The notes beneath the pieces are model-generated. The model was not told where the DNA came from and ran no database searches. It saw nothing but the letters and a program-made list of their open reading frames with translations. The position numbers and the translations under genes are program-made. This document shows, in pieces, positions 12,263 to 25,216 of a stretch of 64,000 nucleotides of DNA. This DNA is from Octopus sinensis (Eukaryota). Where the stretch lies: the NCBI RefSeq assembly GCF_006345805.1, contig NC_042997.1:195734001-195798000 (forward strand). The letters are read 5' to 3'. The first letter of the stretch is position 1, and every line of letters starts with the position of its first letter.

Positions 12263-14098
12263 TTAAAATTTTGTGGCATGGCTGCAGGAATTTAAGAGCT
12301 CGCATCTCTTGTTCAAAGCGTTTTTATCCTGGAACAAGATGAAGAACTACTCTGAGAGGCAAAGATAACATTTCATTGGTCTTTTATAAACCCCATGTCT
12401 GTATGCTGATGCTCTTTCTAGAATTTTCCAGGTTATATTGAAGGGACGTGTGTAATTCTCTTTCAATTCCTAGACATGCTTTGCAAAACTAGTCGCTGCC
12501 CTGTTCTCGGGGTATCGGAAAGAATTTCTGTGGGAATAGAATCGAGTCTTGAATGAATTCTATGAAGCCCCTGTATATGTCTTATATACTTGCGAACCTT
12601 CTACTTGCACTTTGGCTCTATAAACAATACCTTTTTCAAGACATTTTCTTTCCAACGGACAACAAGTCTCATCTTTGCAGTTGCAGTTCCTCAGATTAGG
12701 TTCGGCACTGTAGTTGTCTGTAATAATTTTTGTATCATTCTGGCTAATAAAAGAGGCGAAGTTTTTGTAACAAGAATAGCTACCTTTCAGTGTTCTACTA
12801 AATATTGAGGAACGGTGTTTAATAGAATCAGGCTTATATTTGGTCAAATTAGATGATCTTGTACTTTCTTGTAAATCTGATTCTTTACTTAAAGAATCTC
12901 CTGCAGCAGTAGAAGTTTTGTTGCGCTCGGGCACTTTGTAACAAGTTTTCCCAAGCACACCAGATTTACCCAAAATGATATTTTTGGCTCGGTGTAACGT
13001 TAATTCACGTTGAGATCTACGATTTCGATTAATTGGTCGTTTGCTGGTATATTTCCTGTGTATTTAATATAGTGGACAGAGGTGGTGACATAAGATCAGC
13101 ATCGGAAAAGCTTTTAATCCCTTTCTTAGTATCATCTGGTGCACAACCAATGGTTATTCGTCGTTTGGATGCTGCTGAAAGTAAAGCACTTTCCTTAGCT
13201 TCAGAAGAAAACCCATCATTAATGTTTCTGGCTGCTGTAGACTGGGCATCACTAGATGTTCTGCTACTTTAAGAACTTTGATCACCAACTGTGTTAACTT
13301 CAGGCACACTGTGAGAAAGGGACAAGTCACATACAATCTGGAGACTAGAAGGGGGCAGAGTCTCATCATAGTCTATACATGTAAGGCTGGGAACTTATGA
13401 CTAGATTGAAAATGCTTAGAAACCAATTTTAAGTATTCCCTACATATATTAGATTTTATGGCCATATTAAATGCAGGGTTAAACCACAAACTTTCCTAGT
13501 TCAAGTTCTACGTGGCCTATTATTGTTAGAATTAACTTGACTAAACTCCATCTTTTCCGAGAATCCACTTTTCTTTAATGCATTATTGTAATACGGCGCA
13601 TCATTTTGAAATGCTGTCTCATCCGAAGAAGTTCATGATATACGCCTCCCTACATTACTAACTGGGTTCTTAAGAATTACGGGTGGATGATTAGATTCTT
13701 TGCTAATATGACATAGCTTTTCATTGGGCTTAGAGTAGGGTTTAAATTCATCTAATTGTAAATCTAAGTAGATATTATCCTGCATGCAAGGAAACCCCTT
13801 CTTTTTTTAGGAGGATTCTATCTGGGTGAAAAAGAGTGAGTATTCCCTTTTCGATGTACCGATGGGGGCATATGATGGGGTAGAGTTATGTGTGCTTATA
13901 CGAGCTTATATTTTGCATAATCTGCATCTAGAATTCCCTTTGATAGATGCAGGATTATACAGGGATGGCGGTCATATAGTGGCCCATAGTTTAAAAGGCC
14001 ATGAGTTAGATAAACTTAGGAAGAAACTGATTACTTTCGTCCAAAGAATGGGTTTACGGATTACAACAGAAAGTAATGGTAAAAGCGTAGATTTTTAA
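12263..14098 (-). mobile_element. Penelope-like retroelement remnant (RT thumb + GIY-YIG) with an inverted RT segment at 13771-14098
   Basis: Minus strand: YLDLQLDEFKPYSKPNE..SKESNHPP..ISxTSSDE..YNNALKKSGF, then CNCKDETCCPLERKCLEKGIVYRAKV..YTGAS.NSFKTRFYSH..CYLCLSE..LNKRCEL. Plus strand: DIILHARKPLLF..WVKK..FDVPMGAYDGVELC..GLYRDGG..GLRITTESNGKSVDF. Confidence 0.85.
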
Positions 14099-14124
14099 AA
14101 ATATTAACTGAGATTTACAACATT

Positions 14125-14152
14125 GGTTGTCAAGTGAGGATGGAGGGACAAG

Positions 14153-14185
<33 letters not shown>

Positions 14186-14371
14186 TTATATGTATACATA
14201 CATACACGACTGGCCTCTTCCCGTTTTTGTCTACAAAATCCACTCACAAGGCTATGGTCGGCCCAAGACTACAGTGGAAGACATTTGCCTAAAGCAACAC
14301 GCAGTGGGACTGAACCTGGAAGCATGTGATTGTTAACCAAGCTTTTTACCACACAGCCACTCCCGCGCCTA

Positions 14372-14372
<1 letters not shown>
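14125..14372 (-). mobile_element. SINE-B 5' half
   Basis: cacgcagtgggactgaacc...ccacacagccactcccgcgcc head. Confidence 0.8.
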
Positions 14373-14670
<298 letters not shown>

Positions 14671-14934
14671 ATGTGTGTGTTTGTGCATAATTTTATTATT
14701 TCGTACTTATTAGAGAGATCTTGCGTATCACCTAAAATGCCGCAGAAAAATATTTCGAAACTAAAAACAAAAGATCGCAATATAATCGCAGAATTAAACT
14801 CCGCTTTACTTGTCAAATGATATCGAACACCTTGCTCTTCTATTGCTTTTCTTTCCACTTCTCTTCTTTGTTTGTGTCGCTTTAATCGACACTTTCCACT
14901 TTCTACATATCTGTCTTTGTCACAAACGAACTCT

Positions 14935-15400
14935 CCCTCACTCGCTCACTCTCTCACTCACTCACTCACTCACTCACTCACTTAATCACTCACTCACTCA
15001 CTCACTCACTCACTCACTCACTCTCCCACTCACTCACTTACTCACTCACTCACTCTCCCACTCACTTACTCACTCACTCACTCACTCACTCACTCACTCA
15101 CTCACCTACACACTCACCCACTCACTCACTCACTCACTGACTTATTCACTGACTGACTGACTCTCCCATTCTCTCACTCACTCACTCTCTCACTCACTCA
15201 CTCACTGACTCACTCACTCATTCACTCACTCATTCACTCACATACTCACTCACTCACTCACTCATTTACTGACTCACTCACTCTCTCACTCACTTACTGA
15301 CTCACTCACACACTCACTCACTCGCTCGCTCCCCCACCCACTCATCTCACACACACACACACAAACACACACACGCACACACACACACAAACACTCACCA
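14935..15400. repeat. (CTCA)n followed by (CA)n
   Basis: Direct reading. Confidence 0.95.
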
Positions 15401-15902
15401 ACACTATCTCGACCCTATTCTCAATCATTCTAAAGTATTTATCAAGACATCTATCAGTATCGATCTATTCATCAGGCCAACTTCAATATTATTATATTTC
15501 ATTGTCAAGCAAGCAATCCACTTTTTTCTTCTTCAATTTACCAAATGGAAAACGTAGCGGTGTTTTAGTGAATTCATTTATTTGTTTAAATTTCTTAAAC
15601 GACACTAAAAGTACTTGTCACCTATATTCCAAAACGGAAACGAAATGTCGTCAACACAATGCGACACTGATTTTGCAAACAATTTCCAATAATTACAGAG
15701 AAGTGAGTTAAAGGGAAGTAACACAAGTGGGCCGATGCTATGGATCAACGTACTTCAGGTAGAAGATGATGTAGGCAATATATACATACACACACATATG
15801 TGCGTGTGCGTGCCTGTGTGTGTGTGTGTGTGTGTATCTGTGTGTATATATACATATATACATACATAACATACATACATACATACATACATACATACAT
15901 AC

Positions 15903-16075
15903 ATAGGGAGAGTTTACGAAAAAAACAAAAGACGAAGACAGGTGGTGTACAAAACTGATGTATTAGTATAACGCTCAGGAATAGAAAAAGTCTTTTACGT
16001 TTCGAGCCTACGCTCCTCTACAGAAAGGGACACAGGAAAAACAAGGAGAGAAACGAGGAAAGAAAAAAATGTGTG
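15903..16075 (-). mobile_element. Short ~170-bp repeat carrying a hammerhead-like motif (15992-16027); homologous to 63370-63535
   Basis: Reverse complement aligns with 63370-63535, including the ctctccctat end; motif CUUU-CUGUAGA-G-GAGC-GUAG-GCUC-GAAAC-GUA-AAAG. Confidence 0.65.
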
Positions 16076-16200
16076 TACATACATACATACATACATACAT
16101 ACAAGCATAACGCAAACACCAGGCAATCCATAATGGCAGGACCTTTGTGAATACTCATTCCTTGACTATATTCTTTTGTAGGTAGGCCTTTACATCATAT

Positions 16201-16243
<43 letters not shown>

Positions 16244-16248
16244 TAATA

Positions 16249-16316
<68 letters not shown>

Positions 16317-16326
16317 TATATATATA

Positions 16327-16378
<52 letters not shown>

Positions 16379-16576
16379 CTTTATTTAAAGCAGCAGAAAA
16401 TTCAACAAAGCCTGTTTACTCCGGTATATATATATATATATATATATATATCTTTATATGTACTAATATCAGTCATCGGATTGGACACGATAGTGTAGTA
16501 CCGAACATCACTCCAGCCAGAGTAAGAATACAATATTCTTTTATTCTTTTATTTGTTTCACTCATTTGACTGCATA

Positions 16577-17100
16577 CTCAGCATCTCCCCGCCAGACAAT
16601 GTGACCAACACCGATGTCCTGACTCGTGCTGGCCTCCCTTCCACGTACACCTTGCTGAGACAACATCGACTACGCTGGTTAGGCCACGTTCACCGTATGA
16701 ACGACGGCCGAATCCCAAAAGACATTCTCTACGGAGAACTCGCAGCAGGACAGAGGAATAAGAGCCGCCCGCACTGAGGTACAAGGACGTGTTCAGGAAG
16801 GATATGAAGGCGCTCAATATAGACATCAACTCCTGGGAGGACCGCACTAGGCAGCAGACCGCACTAGGTGGAAAAGCACACATCTCAAACAGCAACGGAT
16901 CGGTGAGAGAAGCGGACAGCAGCAGAAAAGCGAGCCCGAAGTAAGGGGTCGACAGCCAACAAACCAGAATCCACCAACAGATGCGATCTATGCGACCGTC
17001 ACTGTCATTCTCGCATTGGTCTCCATAGGCACAAGAGGCGCTGCTCAAGCCGAGCGGCCCAACCTAGACAATAAATGGACGGACGTGATGTCCATGGGCA
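16577..17100 (+). mobile_element. RTE-clade (BovB-like) LINE 3' fragment
   Basis: LLRQHRLRWLGHVHRMNDGRIPKDILYGELAAGQRNKSRPH.RYKDV..KDMKALNIDINSWED, the typical RTE C-terminus. Confidence 0.85.
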
Positions 17101-17362
17101 GCCAATATATATATTGGCTTGGTGCATAATTTTTGCGGCTTTTATTCAACAAATTTTATTCAACAATAAGAATGACAATATTTAACACAAACATATTTAA
17201 ACGAATAGTCTAAACGTTTGCCAAGCAAATGGGAAGCAATAATTGAATTAGATGGCGAATATGCTCCGGAATAATCATTAAAGATGTTTTTGTTACATGT
17301 TATTGTTTTTATTGAATAAAACTTATTGAAAAAAAAACAGTTATAATTATGCACCAACCTAA

Positions 17363-17404
<42 letters not shown>

Positions 17405-17414
<10 letters not shown>

Positions 17415-17630
17415 TAATCCAAACATGAAAACACAAAGAGAAAACACAACAACGCGGGGACGTGGAACAAATATAGTATTATTGGACTCTCAGGAAGGAA
17501 GGACAGACAAAGGGTTTAACGTTTAGAGCGGAGCTCTTCGTCAGAAACATAGGAAAAGGAAAGATCGAGAGAAGGGAAGACGGAGGAAAAAAAATCGCCA
17601 ATGGTACACACGCGGTCACATTTTGAATAT
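17405..17630 (-). mobile_element. Short repeat between (TA)n tracts with a hammerhead-like motif (17514-17548)
   Basis: GUUU-CUGACGA-A-GAGC-UCC-GCUC-UAAAC-GUU-AAAC on the minus strand. Confidence 0.6.
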
Positions 17631-17825
17631 ATATATATATAAATGCAAGTTGTATTATCTTTCACGGACGAATACTAGCAAAGGAAGAGTCGTTCGTTCT
17701 GTATCAAAGCATTTCGTTATCACTGGTGCCGACAGAACTTCTGATCAGGAAATGGATGGTGGGAAACTTTTAGTTGTGGGTGCGGACGACTACTAATCTC
17801 AAATTGCAATATAGCACAAATATAT

Positions 17826-18040
17826 AAGGCAGCGAGCCGGCAGAACCGTTAGCATGCCGGGCAAAATGCTTCGCTGCATTTCGTCCGTTTCTACGTTCCG
17901 AGTTCAAAATTCGCTTAGGTCGACGTTGCCTTTCATCTTTTCGACATCGACAAAATAAGCACCAACTGAGTAGTGGGGCCGATGTAATTGATTCACCCCA
18001 CCCCTAAAATTGCTAGCCTTGTGCTAAAATTCGAAATTAA
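17826..18040 (+). mobile_element. SINE-A, diverged
   Basis: ggcagcgagccggcagaaccgttagcatgccgggcaaaatgc...cttgtgctaaaattcgaa. Confidence 0.8.
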
Positions 18041-18744
18041 TCAATTAACTAATCAATTCCAGTTCATAACTAATGAGTGTTTTGTTGACTTTGCATTTAT
18101 CAAAGACTGAACCGATCTCCATAACCAGTGTGATTTAAGGTATGTTTTTACGACAAAGAACAGCTTCTGTCGTAACAACTCTTTTAGATTATATAAAATA
18201 TTGAAATTTATTCGCTCTTACCTTGGTCTTTTATTCTTGCAAACCACCCAATCTAAAAATCTAAACAAATTAAGGTACAAACATTGACTGTCATTCACTG
18301 TCAAAAGAAGTAACGCCATAGTGTCTTTCACTCTCGATGAAGATGGCGATCAAAAAGAAATCTTTGTTTTTTTTCTTTTTAAGCAGTTTATATATTCACT
18401 TCATGTATTTACGATCATCTTGACAGTTTCTCTGGTTTGATAATACGTTCAGACACTTAACTACTTGGCAAGCTTTGTCATTGGAGGCTCAAGGGAATTG
18501 TGATGACGTTGAAGTTGGTTTCGTAAAATTGATAATATAAAACCCCCATTAGTTTAAAATATTTATTATTGGAATCACCAGAGGAAAACTAAAAAGCAAA
18601 TAAAACAACTAGACCTAATAGTATAGAGGTAATAAAAAAAAAAGCACTTTTTTTTAAAGAATGCTTTTAACGTCTCTTCGTCCTTCAGAATGACAAATAA
18701 ATATTTAAGCATTGAGAAATGTTCTGATTGTCAGTGATTCTACT

Positions 18745-19090
18745 GATTGCTGGGATTAATGAAAAGTTCGGAAGTAAAGCTTGTAAAGAACCACCACTCA
18801 TGCTGGTATACTTATTGGTCAACGGTGACCGGAGAAAGATCTATGTTAGATTTTTGTAGAAAACATTTAGCAAGGAAAAGCGACGGTGTTGAAGAGATTC
18901 AACTCTCTGGTCTCATCCAGAGAGTTTGCAACCAAGTGAATGTGGATAATTTCCAGTGACACTTGGCTTGGGGGTACTATCGGGGAAGCATTGAATTTTT
19001 GAGACAAACAAGCGGTGATGTTCGAGATGCAGTTACAGCACCCGGGACAAGTCATTCCTGCTGTCATGCTGATCCTCTATTTGAAGGATT
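18745..19090 (+). mobile_element. Possible L1/Tx1-like ORF2 C-terminal remnant
   Basis: VDNFQ*HLAWGYYRG followed by Cys-containing RCSYSTRDK, recalled as resembling a zf-RVT region; a similar ttggcctggggtactatagagaagg piece at ~21145. Confidence 0.35.
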
Positions 19091-19188
19091 CTTAGAAGTA
19101 GCATTCCTTTTTTGGAACATCTTTCTCTCTCTCTCTTACACGCACAGAGACATATATATTTATATTTATAAACACATGTATACACATA

Positions 19189-19253
<65 letters not shown>

Positions 19254-19501
19254 GTCTATATGTATGTATGTATATATATATATATATATATGTGGTGTGT
19301 GTGTGTGTGTGTGTGTGTTGTGTGTGTGTGTTTGTGTGTGTGTGTATATTAGGAGATATGAGGTACTCAGAAATCTGGATGGTTTTATATTTACAGATAT
19401 TTATTAGTATGTCACATGTTTTTATAAATCATATATTTGCGCTTGCGTCCACTCCAGTTAAGTCGTCAGACTGAACTTTTGCAGGAATATATACATACAT
19501 A

Positions 19502-19540
<39 letters not shown>

Positions 19541-19556
19541 CACACACACACACACG

Positions 19557-19603
<47 letters not shown>

Positions 19604-19707
19604 GGGGAGTTGTAGCTGTTTGTGTGTATGGCATTTTCTTGATATACCGAGGAAGCGTGTCTAGTGTATACTGTAGTAGCGCCAGTTAAGTTTTAAGTAT
19701 TAAGGGT

Positions 19708-20480
19708 CAAGGCGGCGAGCCGGCAGAAACGTTAGCACGTCGGGCGAAATGCTTAGCGGTATTTCGTCTACCGCTACGTTCTGAGTTCAAATTCCGCCGA
19801 GGTCGACTTTGCCTTTCATCCTTTCGGGGTCGATTAATTAAGTACCAGTTAAGCACTGGGGTTGATGTAATCGACTTAATCTGTTTGTCTGTCCTTGTTT
19901 GTCCTCTCTGTGTTTAGCCCCTTGTGGGTAGTAAAGAAATAGGTATTTCGTCTGCCGCTACGTTCTGAGTTCAAATTTCGCCGAGGTCGACTTTGCCTTT
20001 CCTCATTTCGGGGTCGATTAAATAAGTACCAGTCACGCACTGGGGTCGATATAATCGATTTAATCCGTTTGTCTGTCCTTGTTTGTCCTCTCTGTGTTTA
20101 GCCCCTTGTGGGTAGTAAAGAAATAGAAATAGGAATTTCGTCTGTCGTTACGTTCTGCGTTCAAATTCCTTTCGGGGTCGATAAATTAAGTAACAGTGGC
20201 GTGCTGATATCAATCCAATCGACTGGCCCCTTCCCCCAAAATTTCGGACCTTGTGCCTAAAGTAGAAAAGATTATATTGAGGCGGCGAGCTGGCAGAATC
20301 GTTAGCACGCCGGGCGAAACACTTAGCGGTATTTCGTCTGCCGTTAGGATTTGACTTCGAATTTCCCTTTCAGCCTTTCGCGGTCGATAAAGTTGGTACC
20401 AGTTACGTACTAGGGTCGATCTAATCAACTGTCCTCTTCTCCCAAAATTTGAGGCCTAGTGCTTCCAGTAGAAAGGATTT
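19708..20480 (+). mobile_element. SINE-A tandem cluster (full copy, two 5'-truncated units, then another copy from 20279)
   Basis: Units joined at aagaaata|ggtatttcgtctg. Confidence 0.9.
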
Positions 20481-21899
20481 ATTAAAGTTGAAAAAATGTC
20501 ACACACTGATATACACATTTATTATATTAGATATGTTTAATTTTGGGGAAATTATATTTCAATTCAAGTGTATTTTATTTATATCTGTGTGTGTATGTAA
20601 ATATATGTTTATTAAACAAAGCAAAAAAATCAAAAACAAAAATGATGGTGTTCAGTATGTTAGCGACAGGAATTTCTGTCAAAGACACATGATTAAACAA
20701 AGTTGTACATCATCTCCCTCTTTCTCTCACATATCCACTCTTTCTCCTTCTTTTCGTATTACACCCACTACCACCATCAACACTACTACTTTTAATAAAA
20801 CATAAACTCACCCTAAATTTCTTTGTCTCTCTTTCTCTCACTCTCTTTTTCTTTCTCTCTCTCACCCTCTGTCTTCGCCACCGCTCTCACCGTCTCTATG
20901 CCTACTATTACTCTCACCCCATCATGAGGAATAGTAAGAGTGTCATTGAATAGTGAGAGAGGAGGTCTAAGTATTTTACACTGACGCAGAAATTAGTTTT
21001 CGCATTTATTATATTAGATAATAGCTCCATATGGTTTAATGTTTTGTGGGCGCGTAGGATGAACCCATCTCATTAAATATATATATATATGTGTGTGTGT
21101 CTTTTTCACTTGTTTATACCATATAAGTCCGTCTCAACTCAATTGGCCTGGGGTACTATAGAGAAGGTCTTCCTTAACTAACAATATTGTGTAGTATCTG
21201 GGTTGTTCCCAAAAGGGTGATTTGTTTTCACAAATATTACTATTGTTCGGGATTATGGTCTGTGAAATTCCTCTTCGTTCTCTTCATAAATTATAAAACT
21301 CCGATGACCGTTTTATATTATGTCGTTATTCATACACGACACCATGTTCATTTTTATAATAGCACAAACCACAACGACAATGCCAGCTGCAATGACAACG
21401 TTCCGCCATGATCCAATAAGTGAGTCTCATTGTTGTCACATCAACTGCTGGAAATTGTAGCAAAATATTTCTCAAATTATGCGTTATTGTTTAAAATAAA
21501 GCAGATGTAACTAAATTCAAAAAATCAACATTGAAACGCATGGAAACTAAACGAAAATGCTGTAGTTTCGCCATGTTGCCATAAAAGGCCCCAGGCACAA
21601 AGAATCTGGAGACTATGATCCTGCACTGCACACCGAACACCAGAGTAGAGCGCGCCGAGGTGACGACTTGAGTAAACATCGCATCTGGTTCCAAATCTGT
21701 CAACACTTCGAGGATGAATATGATTTGAAGGACACCGATTCCCTGATAGCCGCAAGAGCCAACCATAACGGAATATCTATGCAACTTCTACACATACATA
21801 GGGGAATTAAGGAACAGCGACTATGTCAATCTTCAGAGAACATTTTGTTCTGAAGCTATCATTAATTTAATAACCTTTCTTATATTCACGAGTGAATGC

Positions 21900-22545
21900 G
21901 GCGCCCGAAACAGTTGTCAGTCTTTAAATAACTTACAAGGACGTAAGTTTACGAGTGGTTTTTCACTCTTTAGGAATGGTTACACGTGGCTTGAGGATCA
22001 GCTTCGTTCAGGCCAAATGCTGACTTCCCAAATGAATGAAAACATGAAAATTCAAGAATTGACCTTGGAGGAACGTCACCGAACAACTGACGATCTTGTT
22101 TGATATGACCGGTGATTCTTGGAGCTCATGTGAATGTATTTTGAGCAAGGAATTGCGAGTTAAAAGAGTTGTAGCGAAATTTGTGTTTCGCTTGCTGATG
22201 GAAGATCAAAAGCAGTCACGACTAAATGCATGTCGTGAGCTGAAAGAACAGCTGGAAGTGGATCCGGAATACATTTTCAGAGGTCATCGTTGGTGATGAA
22301 AGCTGGTGTTACGGGCTATGCAGATGTAGAAGAGGTGAAGAAAAGAAACGGCGGAGGCATTCAAAGGCATTACTTCGTAAAATTTTCAACACTGCTTCCA
22401 ACAGTGGAAAATGCGTCTGTGCCGATGCATTGCTTCGGATGAAGAATACTTAGAAGGCGATAAAAGACCAAACATGTAAAACCAAATGAATAAAATAATA
22501 TTGCTAACACCTGGTTTCTTTTGGGTACACACTCGTGTATGTATG

Positions 22546-22547
<2 letters not shown>
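21900..22547 (+). mobile_element. Mariner fossil with internal deletion
   Basis: VYEWFSLFRNG..LEDQLRSG..ILSKELRVKRVVAKFVFRLL..VIVGDESWCYGY joined directly to DVEEVK..FQHCFQQWK.R..RCIAS.EEYLEGD; TIR-like end cttttgggtacacactcgtgta. Confidence 0.8.
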
Positions 22548-22624
<77 letters not shown>

Positions 22625-22794
22625 GTATATATATATGTATGTATGTATGTATATAAATGTATACGTGTTGAAAGTTGTGGTTTCTTTGGTGTGTTTGTTA
22701 CCAAGCAACACTTATTTTAGTGGTGTTGACACCGCAGGATTATTGGTATATGACTGTTTTTGCATAAGTGGAATAGTATTATAACACATCCTTT

Positions 22795-23525
22795 TGATAT
22801 ATATATATATGTATATATAAGTATATGTAAGTATATATGTATATATATATATGTACATATATATATATGTATATATATATATATATGTACATATATATAC
22901 GTATATGCATATATATATGTATATATACGTATGTGTTATATGTATATATATATATGTATATATATATGTATATATATATGTATGTATATATGTATATATA
23001 CATACATATAATATATATATAGATCTATATATATAATATATATATATATATATATGTATACATGTATATATATATGTATGTATATATTTATATAGTATAT
23101 ATGTATATATATATATTTATGTATGTATATATGTATATATATACATACTTGCTACTGACTCGGGAGAGAAACAAATAGACGTCCGTCCAGTTCAACAGTT
23201 AATCCACATATAATATAATATATATATTATGTACATATATATATATATAATATATATATATGGTACATATATATATATAATATATATATATGTGTACATA
23301 TATATATATATATATACTTATATATATATATCTACATACATATATACATATATTTATATATATATATATATAAATATACGTATATATGTATGTATATATA
23401 TATATAAGTATATATATATATATATATGTACACATATATATATATTTATATATATATATATGTACATATAATATATATTTATATATTATATATGTACATA
23501 TATATATATATGTATATATATATGT
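22795..23525. repeat. (TA)n-rich tract containing an inverted copy (23148-23210) of 23521-23581
   Basis: cttgctactgactcgg(g)agagaaacaaatagacgtccgtccagttcaacagttaatc(c)acata in both orientations; only two 1-nt homopolymer differences. Confidence 0.9.
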
Positions 23526-23837
23526 GATTAACTGTTGAACTGGACGGACGTCTATTTGTTTCTCTCCGAGTCAGTAGCAAGCTACACAGCTTCAAAACTA
23601 ACTGACCTTAAATATTATATATTTGTAACCACGTGTTTGCCTAAAACCCGTAAGTACGTTTTCATTTAACTACAAATTTATATACACCTGTTTTTCTTTT
23701 AATATCCTCAAACAACCAAATAATCAAAAACTCACACCCTTAAGAGAGAACATTTATATATATATACACTTCTTTAACTCCAGAAAGTATATATATTTTC
23801 AAAAATCAAAAGGAAAAGAAACAAAAGAAAAACAAAC

Positions 23838-25216
23838 ATGACTAACTTGCAGGCCTGCAACAGACGAAATTGGTCTGATAACGAAATTGATGTTTTAATA
23901 AACACATGGCTCTCTCTTTCCCAAACAGAAAATCTAAATGTGTGTTTGAATGAGATTGCCGAAAAACATCACAAGTGGTCAACACACGATCCGTCAAACA
24001 GATTCGTAGCAAGTTGAAACATATCGAAGTATCTTTCAAACTGATAAGAGGCCATTATGAAAAGCTTTTACATATTTTCACAGTTCAAGAACAACAACAG
24101 CTAGAAAATCAGCAGCCACAACAACAACAACAACAGAATGAGCCACTCCTGGTTCCCAGCACAATGGCTGACCCTGACATCGGTCAGGCACAACAACAAC
24201 AACAACAGCCACAGCAAAAAGAACAACAACAGCCACAGCAAAAAGAACAACAACAGCCACTCCTCAACTCTAGCTTACTAGACGATTCACTAAATGCCAG
24301 TATCTTTTTACCGCTCTCACAGCAACCACCACAATTATCATCATCATCATCACCACCGCTGCCACCATCGTCTTCTATCACCAAAAATACCAACAGAAAA
24401 CCAAATAAGAAACCACTGCCCTCTTCCCCCACATCACCACCTCAATACTACTGCAGTAACAAAAACTTAAAGAAACATAGGAAGCAGAATGCGCCCTCCA
24501 CGGCACAAACAAGAAATCCCCAAATATGCCGCTATTCACTGCGCCAGAGACTCTGCACAAATAGTGACTGCATCTTCACGCATCTACCCGGCACTAGACG
24601 CACTACCGGCCAAGGCCAAAGCACGCATCCCACATAACATCAACACCACCAAATAGTAAATCGAAATTCAAAACACACACAAACTCGGAGTCCCAAAATC
24701 TGCCGGTATTCCCAACGTGAGAGAACATGTCTACTGAGTGACTGTCCCTTCACTCATCTTCCAGGGACCCGACGCACAAACAGAAACGGGGCCTCAAGCC
24801 AACACACAAACCTGAATAACAATAAAAATAGAAACACACCATGCTGCAGTAATGCTGGTCCAGTCTTTTCAGGAAGACACAAAAACAACAACAACAAAAG
24901 TGGAAACTACAACCCTATCCAACAGTGCAACCACACCTCCAGCCAAAAACTGCTCCCTAAGCAGGAAAATTCTTTTTTAGCCATGTTGAACATGGCAAAA
25001 GAGATACACAAAAACATTCTAGCCATCACTCAACACCATCCTATGCTATTACCCCAGTGCACCAATCCCCACATTGCTGCCACTAACACACACAAAAAAT
25101 CCAAGCCCCCTGCAACAGTCAAAACCAGCCACTACACTAACCTCCACATTCCTACTCAATGCACAAGGTGTCAGCCCTTCCATCAATGCACAAAAATGGA
25201 AGGTCCAATTCATTGA
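23838..25216 (+). CDS. LINE ORF1: Myb/SANT-like N-terminus, polyQ/Pro-rich linker, two C-x8-C-x4-C-x3-H fingers (one -1 frameshift at ~23965, one in-frame TAA at 24635-24637)
   Basis: MTNLQACNRRNWSDNEIDVLINTW..LNEIAEK/TSQVVNTRSVKQIRSKLKHI; CRYSLRQRLCTNSDCIFTH and CRYSQRERTCLLSDCPFTH; the frame stays open after the TAA up to 25216. Confidence 0.65.

Noticed and set aside
18427-18540. Possible plus-strand exon FLWFDNTFRHLTTWQALSLEAQGNCDDVEVG
   Set aside because: Weak splice signals and no recognised homology
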